From a virus (taxonomy: Duplodnaviria > Caudoviricetes), in the IMG/VR virus record IMGVR_UViG_3300021961_011268, positions 2,085 through 66,084 of that record: a stretch of 64,000 nt of DNA. One strand, written 5' to 3'. The notes beneath the pieces are model-generated. The model did not search any database, was not told where the DNA came from, and was given only the letters and a program-made list of their open reading frames with translations. Positions 9,454 to 19,339 of the stretch are shown here, in pieces. A program made the translations under genes and the position numbers. How positions within the stretch are numbered: the stretch's first letter is position 1; the number at the start of each line of letters is the position of its first letter.

Positions 9454-10008
9454 ATGAATATTTTTATACTTGATAAAGATCCAATAATTGCAGCTCAATT
9501 GCAATGTAATAAACACGTTCCAAAAATGATAGTCGAAAGTGCACAAATGCTTTCGACTGTTCATCGTATGTTGGATGGCATTGAAGAACGTCGACCTTCA
9601 AAGTCTGGTAAGACTATGTCAAAGTATTGGATTCTACCTGATGCTCGTGAAGATATATTATATAAAGCTGTGCATATGCATCATCCTTGTACTATATGGA
9701 CCGCACAATCAAATAACAATTATAACTGGCATTGGGTTCACTTTGCAGCTCTTTGTGATGAATATAAGTATCGTTATGGTAAAGTCCATTCGACTGATAG
9801 ATTGCTTCGTAAAGCATTGAAAGAATTGCCAAGTAATATTTCATTTGGTGATCTGACTCCGCAACCACTTGCAATGAAGTCTAATCCAGAATGTATAGCA
9901 CTTAAAGATCCTGTTAAAGCTTATAGAGCTTTTTATCAAACAAAACAAGATCGTTTTAAGATGGTATGGTCCAAACGTCCAGTGCCAGAATGGTTTGTAT
10001 ATAAATAA
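9454..10008 (+). CDS. Pyrimidine-dimer DNA glycosylase-like (DenV-related) protein
   Basis: MNIFILD...KHVPKMIVESAQMLST, HPCTIW and EYKYRYGKVH motifs. Confidence 0.7.
   Translation: MNIFILDKDPIIAAQLQCNKHVPKMIVESAQMLSTVHRMLDGIEERRPSKSGKTMSKYWILPDAREDILYKAVHMHHPCTIWTAQSNNNYNWHWVHFAALCDEYKYRYGKVHSTDRLLRKALKELPSNISFGDLTPQPLAMKSNPECIALKDPVKAYRAFYQTKQDRFKMVWSKRPVPEWFVYK
10000..10007 (+). promoter_or_regulatory. T4-type late promoter
   Basis: TATAAATA upstream of the FmdB-like gene and lysozyme. Confidence 0.65.
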
Positions 10009-10030
10009 ATCATATTAGTAAGGAAATACA

Positions 10031-10276
10031 ATGCCTCTCTATTCAATGAAAAACCTGAAAACTGGTGAAATATCTGATATGCATCTGAGTTTTGCTGAAC
10101 GTGAAGCTCTACTTGAAACTGGTGAATATCAACAACAAATAACAAGTATACATATTGTGTCTGGTGTAAAAAGTTTACACTCAAGAACGCCAGATGGATT
10201 TAAAGATTTATTAAAAAATATGAAAAAGAAACGTGGCCGTCCAGCCAAAAATATGTCTATCACAGGAGATAAATAA
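10031..10276 (+). CDS. FmdB-like small protein lacking the zinc cysteines
   Basis: MPLY start and PDGFKDLLK motif. Confidence 0.5.
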   Translation: MPLYSMKNLKTGEISDMHLSFAEREALLETGEYQQQITSIHIVSGVKSLHSRTPDGFKDLLKNMKKKRGRPAKNMSITGDK

Positions 10277-10717
10277 ATGGACCTTAAAAAATTACAAAAA
10301 GACCTTGAAACTGACGAAGGTGTTGTGTATAAAGTTTATAAAGATCATCTTGACTATCCAACATTTGGAATAGGTCATTTGATTCTTAAATCAGATCCTG
10401 AGTATGGTCAAGACGAAGGTACTCCTGTTTCTGAAGAGCGAGTTGCAGAAGCATTTGAAAAAGATTGTCAAAGTGTATTATCTGATTGTACAATTCTTTA
10501 TGATTCTTTTTATACGTTTCCAGAAGAAGTACAACTTATATTAGCAAATCAAATGTTTAATATGGGTCTTACACGCTTAAGTAAATTTAAAAACTATAAT
10601 AAAGCAATCAATGCTGGTGACTGGAAACAAGCAGCGATTGAAGGTCGCGATTCATTATGGTATCGTCAAGTAACTAATCGTGCTGAACGTCTTATGAGAA
10701 GATTAGAAGAAGTTTAA
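10277..10717 (+). CDS. e: T4-type lysozyme (GH24 endolysin)
   Basis: DEG...YKDHLDYPTFGIGH catalytic E/D/T region, FNMG, SLWYRQVTNRAERL. Confidence 0.9.
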   Translation: MDLKKLQKDLETDEGVVYKVYKDHLDYPTFGIGHLILKSDPEYGQDEGTPVSEERVAEAFEKDCQSVLSDCTILYDSFYTFPEEVQLILANQMFNMGLTRLSKFKNYNKAINAGDWKQAAIEGRDSLWYRQVTNRAERLMRRLEEV

Positions 10718-10732
10718 AATGAAAGATAGATT

Positions 10733-11404
10733 ATGTTTGAACATGAAAAAGTTACTTTGGGATATAAAGATTTACGCTGTGAAACTACCGATATTGGAAG
10801 GCGTTATTATACTCCTACTGGCGAGCATTATCCAAGTATCACAACTGTTCTAGGTGAACTTTCAAAAGACTCAATAATGAAATGGCGAGCTCGAGTTGGT
10901 GAAGAAGAAGCTAATAAAATCTCAACTCGAGCAGCTAATCGTGGTACTGCTGTTCATAACATACTTGAAAAATATGTCAATAATGAAGAAATATCAAAAG
11001 ATACTTTACCTCATATTTACAATTCATATCTTAAAATAAAACCAATTCTTGATCAAAGTTTATCATTAGTATATTCTCAAGAAGCTCCTCTTTATTCAGA
11101 TTATTTAAAGATTGCAGGAAGAGTAGATCTTGTCGGTGTATGGGATGGTGTACCTTCTATTATTGACTATAAGACAAGTCGTAAAGAAAAGAAAAAGGAA
11201 TGGTGTGAAGGTTATTTTATGCAATGTGCCTTTTATTCTCTTGCATGGGAAGAACGTACTGGAATGGGCATACCAAATATTGTAGTTGTAATGGATGTTG
11301 ATAATTCAGATCCAATTATATTTAAAGAGCATCGAGATAATTGGATAGATAAACTAAAAAATGCAATTGAATTTTATAATTTTCGTAAGAATGGAACAGT
11401 ATAA
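10733..11404 (+). CDS. PD-(D/E)XK exonuclease
   Basis: YPSITTVL, RGTAVH, AGRVD, IIDYKTS and QCAFY motifs. Confidence 0.85.
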   Translation: MFEHEKVTLGYKDLRCETTDIGRRYYTPTGEHYPSITTVLGELSKDSIMKWRARVGEEEANKISTRAANRGTAVHNILEKYVNNEEISKDTLPHIYNSYLKIKPILDQSLSLVYSQEAPLYSDYLKIAGRVDLVGVWDGVPSIIDYKTSRKEKKKEWCEGYFMQCAFYSLAWEERTGMGIPNIVVVMDVDNSDPIIFKEHRDNWIDKLKNAIEFYNFRKNGTV

Positions 11405-11407
11405 GAA

Positions 11408-12184
11408 ATGATAAGACGACTAATAGCAGGTCCATGTCAGGCAGAAGACTATGATCTATCATATCAAATTGCAAAACACATGAAAGATATTTGTGACAAA
11501 TATTCAATTGAATATTATTTTAAAGCAAGTTTTGATAAGGCAAATCGTAGTCATATTGATGGTAAGCGTGGTCCTGGTCTTCACGAAACTCTTCATCAAT
11601 TCAAGAAGCTGAAAAAAGATATACCAAATCTTAAGATATGTACAGACATTCATGAGTCTTGGCAAGCAAAAGAAGTTTGTGGATTTGTTGATATTATTCA
11701 GATACCAGCATTCCTTTGCCGTCAAACAGATTTAATTCAAGCAGCTTGTGACATTGGTGTTATTGTAAATATTAAAAAAGGACAATTCCTTTCACCAACC
11801 GATGTTCCAAATATTTTATCAAAGACTCGTGGCGAAGTCTGGATTACAGAACGTGGTACATGTTTTGGATATAATAATTTAGTAGTAGATTTTAATGGTA
11901 TGCAATGGATGCTTAAGAATGTGAAAGCACCGCTTGTCTTTGATGTAACCCATTCAACACAAAAACCTGGTGGTAATGGTCAATCATCAGGTGGTAATCG
12001 AGAATATACACCAGGTTTATTCAAAGCAGCTCATGCAATCGGTGTTGAAAACTTTTTCCTTGAAGTACACCCAGATCCAGACAATGCACCAAGTGATGGA
12101 CAAAATATGATGTATTTAAAAGATGTAGAACCATTATTAAATAACTTACAAGGTCAACTTCCTTGGCCTATGTGGATTGATTGA
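11408..12184 (+). CDS. kdsA: KDO 8-phosphate synthase (metal-dependent type)
   Basis: IAGPC, KASFDKANRS, QIPAFLCRQTDL, KKGQF, DVTHS, EVHPDP and SDG motifs. Confidence 0.96.
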   Translation: MIRRLIAGPCQAEDYDLSYQIAKHMKDICDKYSIEYYFKASFDKANRSHIDGKRGPGLHETLHQFKKLKKDIPNLKICTDIHESWQAKEVCGFVDIIQIPAFLCRQTDLIQAACDIGVIVNIKKGQFLSPTDVPNILSKTRGEVWITERGTCFGYNNLVVDFNGMQWMLKNVKAPLVFDVTHSTQKPGGNGQSSGGNREYTPGLFKAAHAIGVENFFLEVHPDPDNAPSDGQNMMYLKDVEPLLNNLQGQLPWPMWID

Positions 12185-12939
12185 TGAAAGACCGTATTAA
12201 TTCTCTTTTTGCTATTTGTATTCCAGCTCGTTATGGATCAACACGATTTCCAGGTAAACCACTAGAAGATCTTGGTAATGGTAAAAATTTGATTCAGCAC
12301 GTATATGATATTTGTGCCTCGACTGGTATCGATACTTATGTCTTGACTGATTCAATTGATATTATTAAATCTCTTGGTTCTAAACGTCGTACTATGATGA
12401 CTATTAATAAACACGAAAATGGTACAAGTCGTTGTGCTGAATTTATGTATCGCCATCGTTATAATTCATATCGATATATTATTAATGTTCAAGGTGATAT
12501 GGTTGATATAAGGCCTGATATGATTCAACAAATCGTTAATTATATTAGTAATCTTTACCTATTAAATGTTAGTGGTCAAATACCAGATGTTCTTAGCCTT
12601 TATACTGAAATGAAACAAGAAGACCGTGAGAATCCTCACGTTGTTAAATGTATACATAACAATAATATATTAGCAAAAGCAATATGGTTCTTGAGAGCTC
12701 CGCTAGAGTATGGCAGTCAACATTTAGGAATCTACGGCTATACAAAGGATGCTCTATTAAACTATAATGAGCTTGATCGTACTGAGCACGAACAGATCGA
12801 ATCGTTAGAGCAATTAAGATGGTGTGTTAATGATATAGATTTTAGGTTATTAAAAACAGATTATGATGGCCAAGAAATCAATACGCCTGAAGACTTAGAA
12901 AAATGGAAAGACATAAATATTAAAGGTTATAATAAATGA
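12181..12939 (+). CDS. kdsB: CMP-KDO synthetase
   Basis: IPARYGSTRFPGKPL, NVQGD, HLGIYGY and ESLEQLR motifs. Confidence 0.94.
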   Translation: MMKDRINSLFAICIPARYGSTRFPGKPLEDLGNGKNLIQHVYDICASTGIDTYVLTDSIDIIKSLGSKRRTMMTINKHENGTSRCAEFMYRHRYNSYRYIINVQGDMVDIRPDMIQQIVNYISNLYLLNVSGQIPDVLSLYTEMKQEDRENPHVVKCIHNNNILAKAIWFLRAPLEYGSQHLGIYGYTKDALLNYNELDRTEHEQIESLEQLRWCVNDIDFRLLKTDYDGQEINTPEDLEKWKDINIKGYNK

Positions 12940-13289
12940 TTGCTGGAAAAATATGGGGTACCACTGAGTTAATAGAACAAAATCATGCCTTGGAGTTTCA
13001 TAGAATAACTATCAAAAAACGTGGCATTTGTTCTAAACATAAACATGAGGCAAAAACAAATGGCTTCTTTGTTGAATCAGGCAAGTTGCTCATAAGAGTA
13101 TGGCAAAATGATTATGACCTTGTTGATGAGACTATCCTTTATTCTGGAGATTATACAACTGTAAAGCCAGGAGTTTATCATCAATTTGAAGCATTAACAG
13201 ATGTCATTGCATATGAATTATATTGGGCTCCTCCTTTACAACACAACGACATACAACGAGAAACAGTAGGATATATTAAAAATGACTAA
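12936..13289 (+). CDS. Cupin-fold protein (possible sugar isomerase)
   Basis: KIWG, SKHKH, FFVESG and PGVYHQF cupin motifs. Confidence 0.75.
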   Translation: MIAGKIWGTTELIEQNHALEFHRITIKKRGICSKHKHEAKTNGFFVESGKLLIRVWQNDYDLVDETILYSGDYTTVKPGVYHQFEALTDVIAYELYWAPPLQHNDIQRETVGYIKND

Positions 13290-13578
13290 TGAACTCAATG
13301 ATTTCGGTTTTTGTTTTGTTGATGATGAAGAGTTTGAAGCACCAAAACTTGAACTTGAAAATGTTAAAGAAGCAACAACCGCAGAAATAGAATTAATTAA
13401 AACACAAGCGTTTGATACAATACAATCGATGCAAAGTCTTATATTACCACTTCTTCTGAATTTGAAAAAGAATCCAGAAAAGACTGTAATTAAATGGCCG
13501 AATCGTGGTCCAATTATTCAAGCACAAATTGATAAGATTGAGAAACTCATTGACGATTGGCAATCGCAAATATTATGA
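13282..13578 (+). CDS. Hypothetical phage protein
   Basis: DFGF and LKKNPEK..IKWPNR motifs; coupled to neighbours. Confidence 0.6.
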   Translation: MTNELNDFGFCFVDDEEFEAPKLELENVKEATTAEIELIKTQAFDTIQSMQSLILPLLLNLKKNPEKTVIKWPNRGPIIQAQIDKIEKLIDDWQSQIL

Positions 13579-14389
13579 TAATCGTAAAGATATTCAAAAG
13601 ATATGGAATGATTCAAAGCATAATATAATCAAAGCAAAGGGAACCATTGGTCTCGGCGATTGTATGTCTGCTTTGAATATAGCTCATTTTCGTTCTTTTA
13701 TATTTGAAAAAAAGATCACTCTTGAGAATCATTGGTATCATGATGAAGATTATCAATATCACTTTGAAGATCCAGAAACAATTATCGAAAAATTTGATTA
13801 TTTTGCAAAATATTATCAACCAGCAGATGTTGAAATAAAGCACATATTCAATTCAACAAATGAAGGTCTTTATAAACAACGTTATCAACACCATCGTGGT
13901 ATTATTAAAAATAATGATTATCGTGCATGGTCATTTAATGCGTCAATTGTAAATACTCCAATTGTAAAAAATAAAATTGTGATGTGGAGACAAACATTTA
14001 ATGCTGATATACCAAAGAATTATAAAAGAATATTTGATAATGATGGTTGGAATTATATTGTTCAATCTTTACAAAAACAAGGATATAGTGTAGCTCAAAT
14101 TGATTATCGAACTTCAATTAGAGAAGTGATGTACCATATATCAACTTGTGAAGCTACAATTGGATATGAAGGAATGTTTCATTATGTTGCTAAAAATTTT
14201 TGGAAGCCAATGATTATTTTTACACGAGATAATATTAGTAAATTACATACACCACACGCACTTCTTTTTTGTCGTTCAATTAAAAGACCATTTGATATGA
14301 CATGTCTTGATAATTTTCCACCAATACTTGATATTGCTAAAAGTATGATAAATACAGCATATAAGAATATGATATTGGAAACAAAATGA
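13505..14389 (+). CDS. Putative GT-B-fold glycosyltransferase-like protein (start uncertain)
   Basis: GLGD and IGYEGMFHYVA motifs resembling GT9; glycan-island context. Confidence 0.5.
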   Translation: MVQLFKHKLIRLRNSLTIGNRKYYDNRKDIQKIWNDSKHNIIKAKGTIGLGDCMSALNIAHFRSFIFEKKITLENHWYHDEDYQYHFEDPETIIEKFDYFAKYYQPADVEIKHIFNSTNEGLYKQRYQHHRGIIKNNDYRAWSFNASIVNTPIVKNKIVMWRQTFNADIPKNYKRIFDNDGWNYIVQSLQKQGYSVAQIDYRTSIREVMYHISTCEATIGYEGMFHYVAKNFWKPMIIFTRDNISKLHTPHALLFCRSIKRPFDMTCLDNFPPILDIAKSMINTAYKNMILETK

Positions 14390-15375
14390 AAATAGATAGA
14401 GCAGTAATTGAAATAGCCGGTGGATGTAATTATAGTTGTGATATGTGTCCACAATCAAATCCAGGTCGTGATTCACGCTTCTTGAGAAATATGGGACTCG
14501 AAGAATTTGAAAAGAATGTGGCTGATTGTGCTCAACATGGATTAAGAGTCGTCAATCTTGATGGTTCTGGTGAAGCAACACTTCTTCATAACTTACCAGA
14601 TTATATTCGAATTGTAAAGAAATATGGAGCAAAAGCATTTATCTTTTCAAATGGTTTACGTATGCGTGGAAAATTCATGCAAGAATGTGTTGATGCTGGT
14701 CTTGACTTCTATCGATTCTCTGTGATTGGTTCAACACCAAAAGAATATAGTAAATGGATGAATCGTAGTGAACGTACTTATGATATTATATGGAATAATA
14801 TAAAAGAAATGCAAAGATATATTCATCTTTCAGATTCGCAATGTATTGTTTCAACGTATCATCTTATTTGTAATAATAATGATCCAGAAGAACTCAATCG
14901 ATATAAAGCAAAGCATGCAGAAATCAATCGGATTGTTCCAGGAATTAAAACAGAAATATGGAAAATGCATAATTGGAGTGGTGTATATGATAATGAACAA
15001 AAAAGAAGTGGTACTATCAAGACGTGCGGAAGACCTTTTAGCCCAGACGTCGTTATCAGAGCAGGAGGCCTTGATGGAAAAACTGGAGCAGTTGCACCTT
15101 GTTGCCAAGTCCTTGGACAAGACGAAAAAGCAGTCTTAGGTCATACATCTGAAAATACAATTGAAGAAATATGGAATGGTCTAGAATACACTCAATTAAG
15201 AGAAGACCATATTAATGGAGAATATCCAGATTATTGTAAAGGATGTGACTTTTTGATCGATGATCCTGAAGTTCTTGTTTATACTAATTTTGATAGATCT
15301 CAATATCATATGCATGGTACAGAATTTAATTTAAATGATTATCGTGATGTTAGACAATATTTACCACCGCTTTAA
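14386..15375 (+). CDS. Radical SAM protein with SPASM/twitch domain
   Basis: CNYSCDMC, GSGEA, and C-terminal C...PCC...CKGC. Confidence 0.9.
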   Translation: MKIDRAVIEIAGGCNYSCDMCPQSNPGRDSRFLRNMGLEEFEKNVADCAQHGLRVVNLDGSGEATLLHNLPDYIRIVKKYGAKAFIFSNGLRMRGKFMQECVDAGLDFYRFSVIGSTPKEYSKWMNRSERTYDIIWNNIKEMQRYIHLSDSQCIVSTYHLICNNNDPEELNRYKAKHAEINRIVPGIKTEIWKMHNWSGVYDNEQKRSGTIKTCGRPFSPDVVIRAGGLDGKTGAVAPCCQVLGQDEKAVLGHTSENTIEEIWNGLEYTQLREDHINGEYPDYCKGCDFLIDDPEVLVYTNFDRSQYHMHGTEFNLNDYRDVRQYLPPL

Positions 15376-15392
15376 TTTGGACGACTATCGCA

Positions 15393-16025
15393 ATGTATGA
15401 GATTAGATATAGTGAACTCTGGGATCACGGATATTTGTGGCCAAAAAAGGATGTACATCTTTGGCGTCATTGCAATAAAAATAAGTTTGGCCCAAAGATG
15501 CTAGATATTGTGATCGAAAAAGCGAGTGGCAACAAAACTATAGTACAAGCCGGCGGAGCGACCGGGGTTTATGCAAAGTATTATGCTGACTTTTTTGATA
15601 ACGTAATAGTCTTCGAACCTGATAGTACAAACTTCCATTGCTTAGAAAATAATACAGGTTCACATAAAAATATACATATCAATAATTTTGCTCTATCACA
15701 CAATTGCCAAGAAGTACCAATGCGAAATGTCATTATCAACGCTGGCGCAACTCACGTCACTCGTAATCCAAAGGCAACAAAATACAAAGCAAAGGCAGTC
15801 ACAATCGATAGCCTCAATCTTGATTCTTGTGATGTGATTCATCTTGATATTGAAGGATACGAAACAAATGCTCTTCGTGGTGCAATGAAGACAATTCAAA
15901 AATATAAACCGCTCATTGTTCTTGAAACTTGGGATAACGATTTGATGGCATCGATCGGCTATACTTCATATGGCTTTGCTGGTAACGATAAGGTATTTGT
16001 CTCTTATGACTTACTCGTATCTTAA
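15393..16025 (+). CDS. FkbM-family methyltransferase
   Basis: VQAGGATG, VFEPD and HLDIEGYE motifs. Confidence 0.85.
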   Translation: MYEIRYSELWDHGYLWPKKDVHLWRHCNKNKFGPKMLDIVIEKASGNKTIVQAGGATGVYAKYYADFFDNVIVFEPDSTNFHCLENNTGSHKNIHINNFALSHNCQEVPMRNVIINAGATHVTRNPKATKYKAKAVTIDSLNLDSCDVIHLDIEGYETNALRGAMKTIQKYKPLIVLETWDNDLMASIGYTSYGFAGNDKVFVSYDLLVS

Positions 16026-16611
16026 TAAAAATATACCAATTCATATTATCACACTTCTCGGTAATCCAATTTCTGAATATTATTTGAATGAAATTGAACC
16101 AACGTGGCATCTCTTTGGTTATGAGAACACTCGATTATTCAATGGTATTACGCCTGAAACAATCGAAGAAAGATGTCCAATCAAACTTAATTTCATATAC
16201 AAAAGAAAACAAGATCGTAAACCAAAGTATTTTACGCCAACAGAAAAAGCGTGTTGGTATAGTCATTATTATCTATGGAGAAAAATTCGTAGGGAAGGCG
16301 TACCGGCCATTGTAGCCGAACACGATTGTAAATTATTACAGCAATTGCCAGTTAGTCTTGAACAATATGACATTCGATCATTTGCATCACATCATATAAA
16401 GAAATGTCTAATGGCTGCGAGCGCATATTATATTACGCCAAAAGGTGCTGATCAACTGATTGAGAATCTTGGACGAGTCATTCAAAATGTTGACGGATAT
16501 ATACTCAATCAACCCAATCAAACTAATTTTAAAAAGCAAATATATATTAATACATACGCTCAAGTGATATATAACAAGAAAATTGGAGCCACCATAAACC
16601 ATGACAAATAA
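15970..16611 (+). CDS. GT25-like glycosyltransferase
   Basis: ACWYSHYYLW, AEHD and AYYITPKGA motifs; start probably a downstream ATG. Confidence 0.7.
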   Translation: MALLVTIRYLSLMTYSYLNKNIPIHIITLLGNPISEYYLNEIEPTWHLFGYENTRLFNGITPETIEERCPIKLNFIYKRKQDRKPKYFTPTEKACWYSHYYLWRKIRREGVPAIVAEHDCKLLQQLPVSLEQYDIRSFASHHIKKCLMAASAYYITPKGADQLIENLGRVIQNVDGYILNQPNQTNFKKQIYINTYAQVIYNKKIGATINHDK

Positions 16612-17389
16612 GCGACTCATATTTCAAGTAGCAGTTGGAAGACCTTCAAAACTCTATGAGCATTGTATTAAATCAGTCAGTCAATATTGTAAAAAATATA
16701 ATATTGATCATATTGTTCTTCGTCAACCAAAATTAAGAATTGGTGTTGATCCATTTAATACAAATAGGTCAACAGAAGCTGTTGCACGTCTTGGTTATTT
16801 ACCAATCTTTGAAAAAGAAAACGCATTTGAATATCTGGATCAATATGACCAAGTTGCAATCATTGATTCAGATATATACATTCGTGACACTGCACCAAAC
16901 ATCTTTGATGAAGTCACAGATGAATACGATTTTGGTGCTGTTGTAGAACGTCAAATGCCTATCACAGAAGCATATAAAGCAAAGATTCGTAATTATTCAA
17001 GAATGCAATATTCATCATTAAATCAAATCGATTGGAAATGGAATCATGATGGCGCTGAGTTTTATAATATGGGTATGATGGTATTAAATCAATCATTCAA
17101 AAAATATCTCAATGGCGAATCGCCAAAAGAATTCATTCAACGAATCGAGTTTAAAAACTTTGTTGATGGCAAAGGTGCATGGAAATGGAGTACTGACCAA
17201 ACATTATTGAACTACTTTGTCAAAAAATATAAAATCAAAACAAAACAGCTCGAATATAAATGGAATTCATTGTACACTGCAGTGACACCTAAGGCACAGA
17301 AAGAATCTCATTTTGTACACTTCTTTTTGAAAGATCATTTGCCAAATCGTGGTGAGGATGTTGATCAACTCATCAAGGATATCGACTAA
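16601..17389 (+). CDS. GT-A glycosyltransferase (GT8/GT34-like)
   Basis: IIDSDIYI DxD motif, YNMGMMV, DQTLLN and FVHF. Confidence 0.75.
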   Translation: MTNKRLIFQVAVGRPSKLYEHCIKSVSQYCKKYNIDHIVLRQPKLRIGVDPFNTNRSTEAVARLGYLPIFEKENAFEYLDQYDQVAIIDSDIYIRDTAPNIFDEVTDEYDFGAVVERQMPITEAYKAKIRNYSRMQYSSLNQIDWKWNHDGAEFYNMGMMVLNQSFKKYLNGESPKEFIQRIEFKNFVDGKGAWKWSTDQTLLNYFVKKYKIKTKQLEYKWNSLYTAVTPKAQKESHFVHFFLKDHLPNRGEDVDQLIKDID

Positions 17390-17400
17390 AGGTAAAGCAC

Positions 17401-17532
17401 TAATACTGTTACATTTTTGTTACACTTTGAAAAAAAATGCACACTAAATGTATAAATGTGCATTTTTTTGTTTACATACTATTAAAACTAGTATAGAATA
17501 GATATATCAAAACAACAAAAGGACATTATATT
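17401..17532 (+). promoter_or_regulatory. Early promoter cassette, copy 2
   Basis: CTGTTACATTTTTGTTACA; A-run/TGCAC..GTGCA/T-run hairpin; TTTACA(17471)-N17-TAGAAT; CAAAACAACAAAAGGACA. Confidence 0.85.
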
Positions 17533-17814
17533 ATGGATAATACAAATTTAAAATTCAGTGGTTTCAAAGTAGGTCAAACGATCAAAGCATTTGATTTTAT
17601 GCCAATGGCCGATCGCCCGGATAGATTCGTTCAAGGTAAAATCGTATCAATACCAGAAGATCGTGGTTATGCTTGTTATGAAGTAAAGTCTGATGCATTT
17701 CTTGGTAATTACGATGAAGGTGTATCGGTTTTTGTTCCGATGGAATTGGATTTCATGGAGTATGACCAGCGAGTCACATTGATCATGGACGAAAACGGAA
17801 GGGAGAGAGTGTAA
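17533..17814 (+). CDS. Early hypothetical protein
   Basis: First gene after cassette 2. Confidence 0.7.
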   Translation: MDNTNLKFSGFKVGQTIKAFDFMPMADRPDRFVQGKIVSIPEDRGYACYEVKSDAFLGNYDEGVSVFVPMELDFMEYDQRVTLIMDENGRERV

Positions 17815-17815
17815 T

Positions 17816-18484
17816 ATGAGACACGCTGCTCGGCACCTTCAAGATCATCAGATTTTGATATACGGACAAGGTGGTAAACTTGCTATAAAAGCAGATTTGC
17901 CATTAGAACTCATCATGAAATATGATCGTTATTATGATAAGAAAGTTCATCTTATTGAAAAAGGTCGTACGACACGATTCAATGATAGTAAGATGAATAA
18001 AGTTTATGCTGCTGAAAATCATTCAGCACAAAAGTTCAAAGATCAACTACCGCCTTTGTCTGACAAAGAAATGAATAAAGCTTTCAAACGTATTGTCAAG
18101 TCAAAGACGTACCAAAAACTTGTTGAAGCGAAAAGCCAAGCCAAAGGTCATTCTCAGCCAAGTCTTGTCATCAAAGACAGACTTAATGGTAATTGTCAAG
18201 GTTGGGCTCATCCGAATGGTATTATTGAATTACGAACAAATCGAAATCTTTATATTCTATTGCACGAGCTTGCTCACACTGCAGGTCACATGCATCATGA
18301 CGTTGGTTTCATTCAAGCAGTATTGAAACTATCAAGTCGTTTCATATCACGTGAGTTTGCAAAAGAACTGAAAAAGACATTTAAGAAATTAAAGATCAAG
18401 ACAACGATTTCAACTCACATCAAAACTCCACAAGAATGGTTGAAAGATTATGAAAGACTTTCAGGCGCAAGAAAAAAGTTATAA
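17816..18484 (+). CDS. SprT-like zinc metallopeptidase domain protein
   Basis: LLHELAH followed by HMHHD..F; basic protein. Confidence 0.65.
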   Translation: MRHAARHLQDHQILIYGQGGKLAIKADLPLELIMKYDRYYDKKVHLIEKGRTTRFNDSKMNKVYAAENHSAQKFKDQLPPLSDKEMNKAFKRIVKSKTYQKLVEAKSQAKGHSQPSLVIKDRLNGNCQGWAHPNGIIELRTNRNLYILLHELAHTAGHMHHDVGFIQAVLKLSSRFISREFAKELKKTFKKLKIKTTISTHIKTPQEWLKDYERLSGARKKL

Positions 18485-18513
18485 AAATCTATACATCAAA
18501 AGGACAATATATT

Positions 18514-18867
18514 ATGATTATAAAACAAAACATCAACGAATATACAGTAGAAGAATTAATAACTATTAAAGAAGAAGCTTTAAAAAATGCTAGAGAAACA
18601 GTCGAAAAGCATCTCTTACAAAATGGTGAATACGGTTATTGTGGCTTTGCTTGGACTAATATATATGATATTAAAGGTAGTACGAAACTAGGACGTAATA
18701 TGAAAAAAGCAGGTTTTGAAAAGGATTATTCTGGAAATTTTAGTTTATGGAACCCAAGTCAATCATATACACAATGTATGTATACAAAAGAAATAGGTGC
18801 AGAGGCTGCAGCTGCAATATTTAGAAAAGCTGGTTTTGACAGTTATGCACATTCAAGAGCAGATTAA
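18514..18867 (+). CDS. Early hypothetical protein
   Basis: CAAAAGGACA leader like the cassettes; CGFAW motif. Confidence 0.65.
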   Translation: MIIKQNINEYTVEELITIKEEALKNARETVEKHLLQNGEYGYCGFAWTNIYDIKGSTKLGRNMKKAGFEKDYSGNFSLWNPSQSYTQCMYTKEIGAEAAAAIFRKAGFDSYAHSRAD

Positions 18868-18880
18868 AGGATAATATCAA

Positions 18881-19339
18881 ATGATTAAATATATTAGTCA
18901 TCGTGGTAATTTAACTGGGCCTGAACCAGAAAAAGAAAATAGAATTTCTACAGTTGAAAACGTTTTACATCTAGGATTTGATTGTGAGATTGATGTTCGA
19001 TTTATTGATAATAAATTTTATCTAGGTCATGATGAAGCACAAGAAGAAGTATCAATTAAATGGTTAAATCAAAGAGGTCTATGGATCCATTGTAAAAATA
19101 TTGAAGCTTTGATTGAACTTCAGCAATATAAATATATTAATAGTTTTTGGCATCAAGAAGATCAATATACACTTACAAGTAATGGATATATATGGGTTTA
19201 TCCAACTGAATATATACCTATGAATAGCGGTAATCGTATTATTGCAAATTGTGCAAATGTAATGGTTAATGATGGTCGATATGCAGGTTACTGTTCTGAT
19301 TATATACAACATTTAAAGGAAGAATTTAGTGCATTATAG
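18881..19339 (+). CDS. Minimal GDPD/PLC-like phosphodiesterase-fold protein
   Basis: ISHRGN, EN, EIDVR, LGHD and CSD motifs. Confidence 0.75.
   Translation: MIKYISHRGNLTGPEPEKENRISTVENVLHLGFDCEIDVRFIDNKFYLGHDEAQEEVSIKWLNQRGLWIHCKNIEALIELQQYKYINSFWHQEDQYTLTSNGYIWVYPTEYIPMNSGNRIIANCANVMVNDGRYAGYCSDYIQHLKEEFSAL

Noticed and set aside
10733-11404. Cas4 indicating a CRISPR-Cas system
   Set aside because: Lacks the four-Cys Fe-S pattern; no cas genes or array; typical phage exonuclease.
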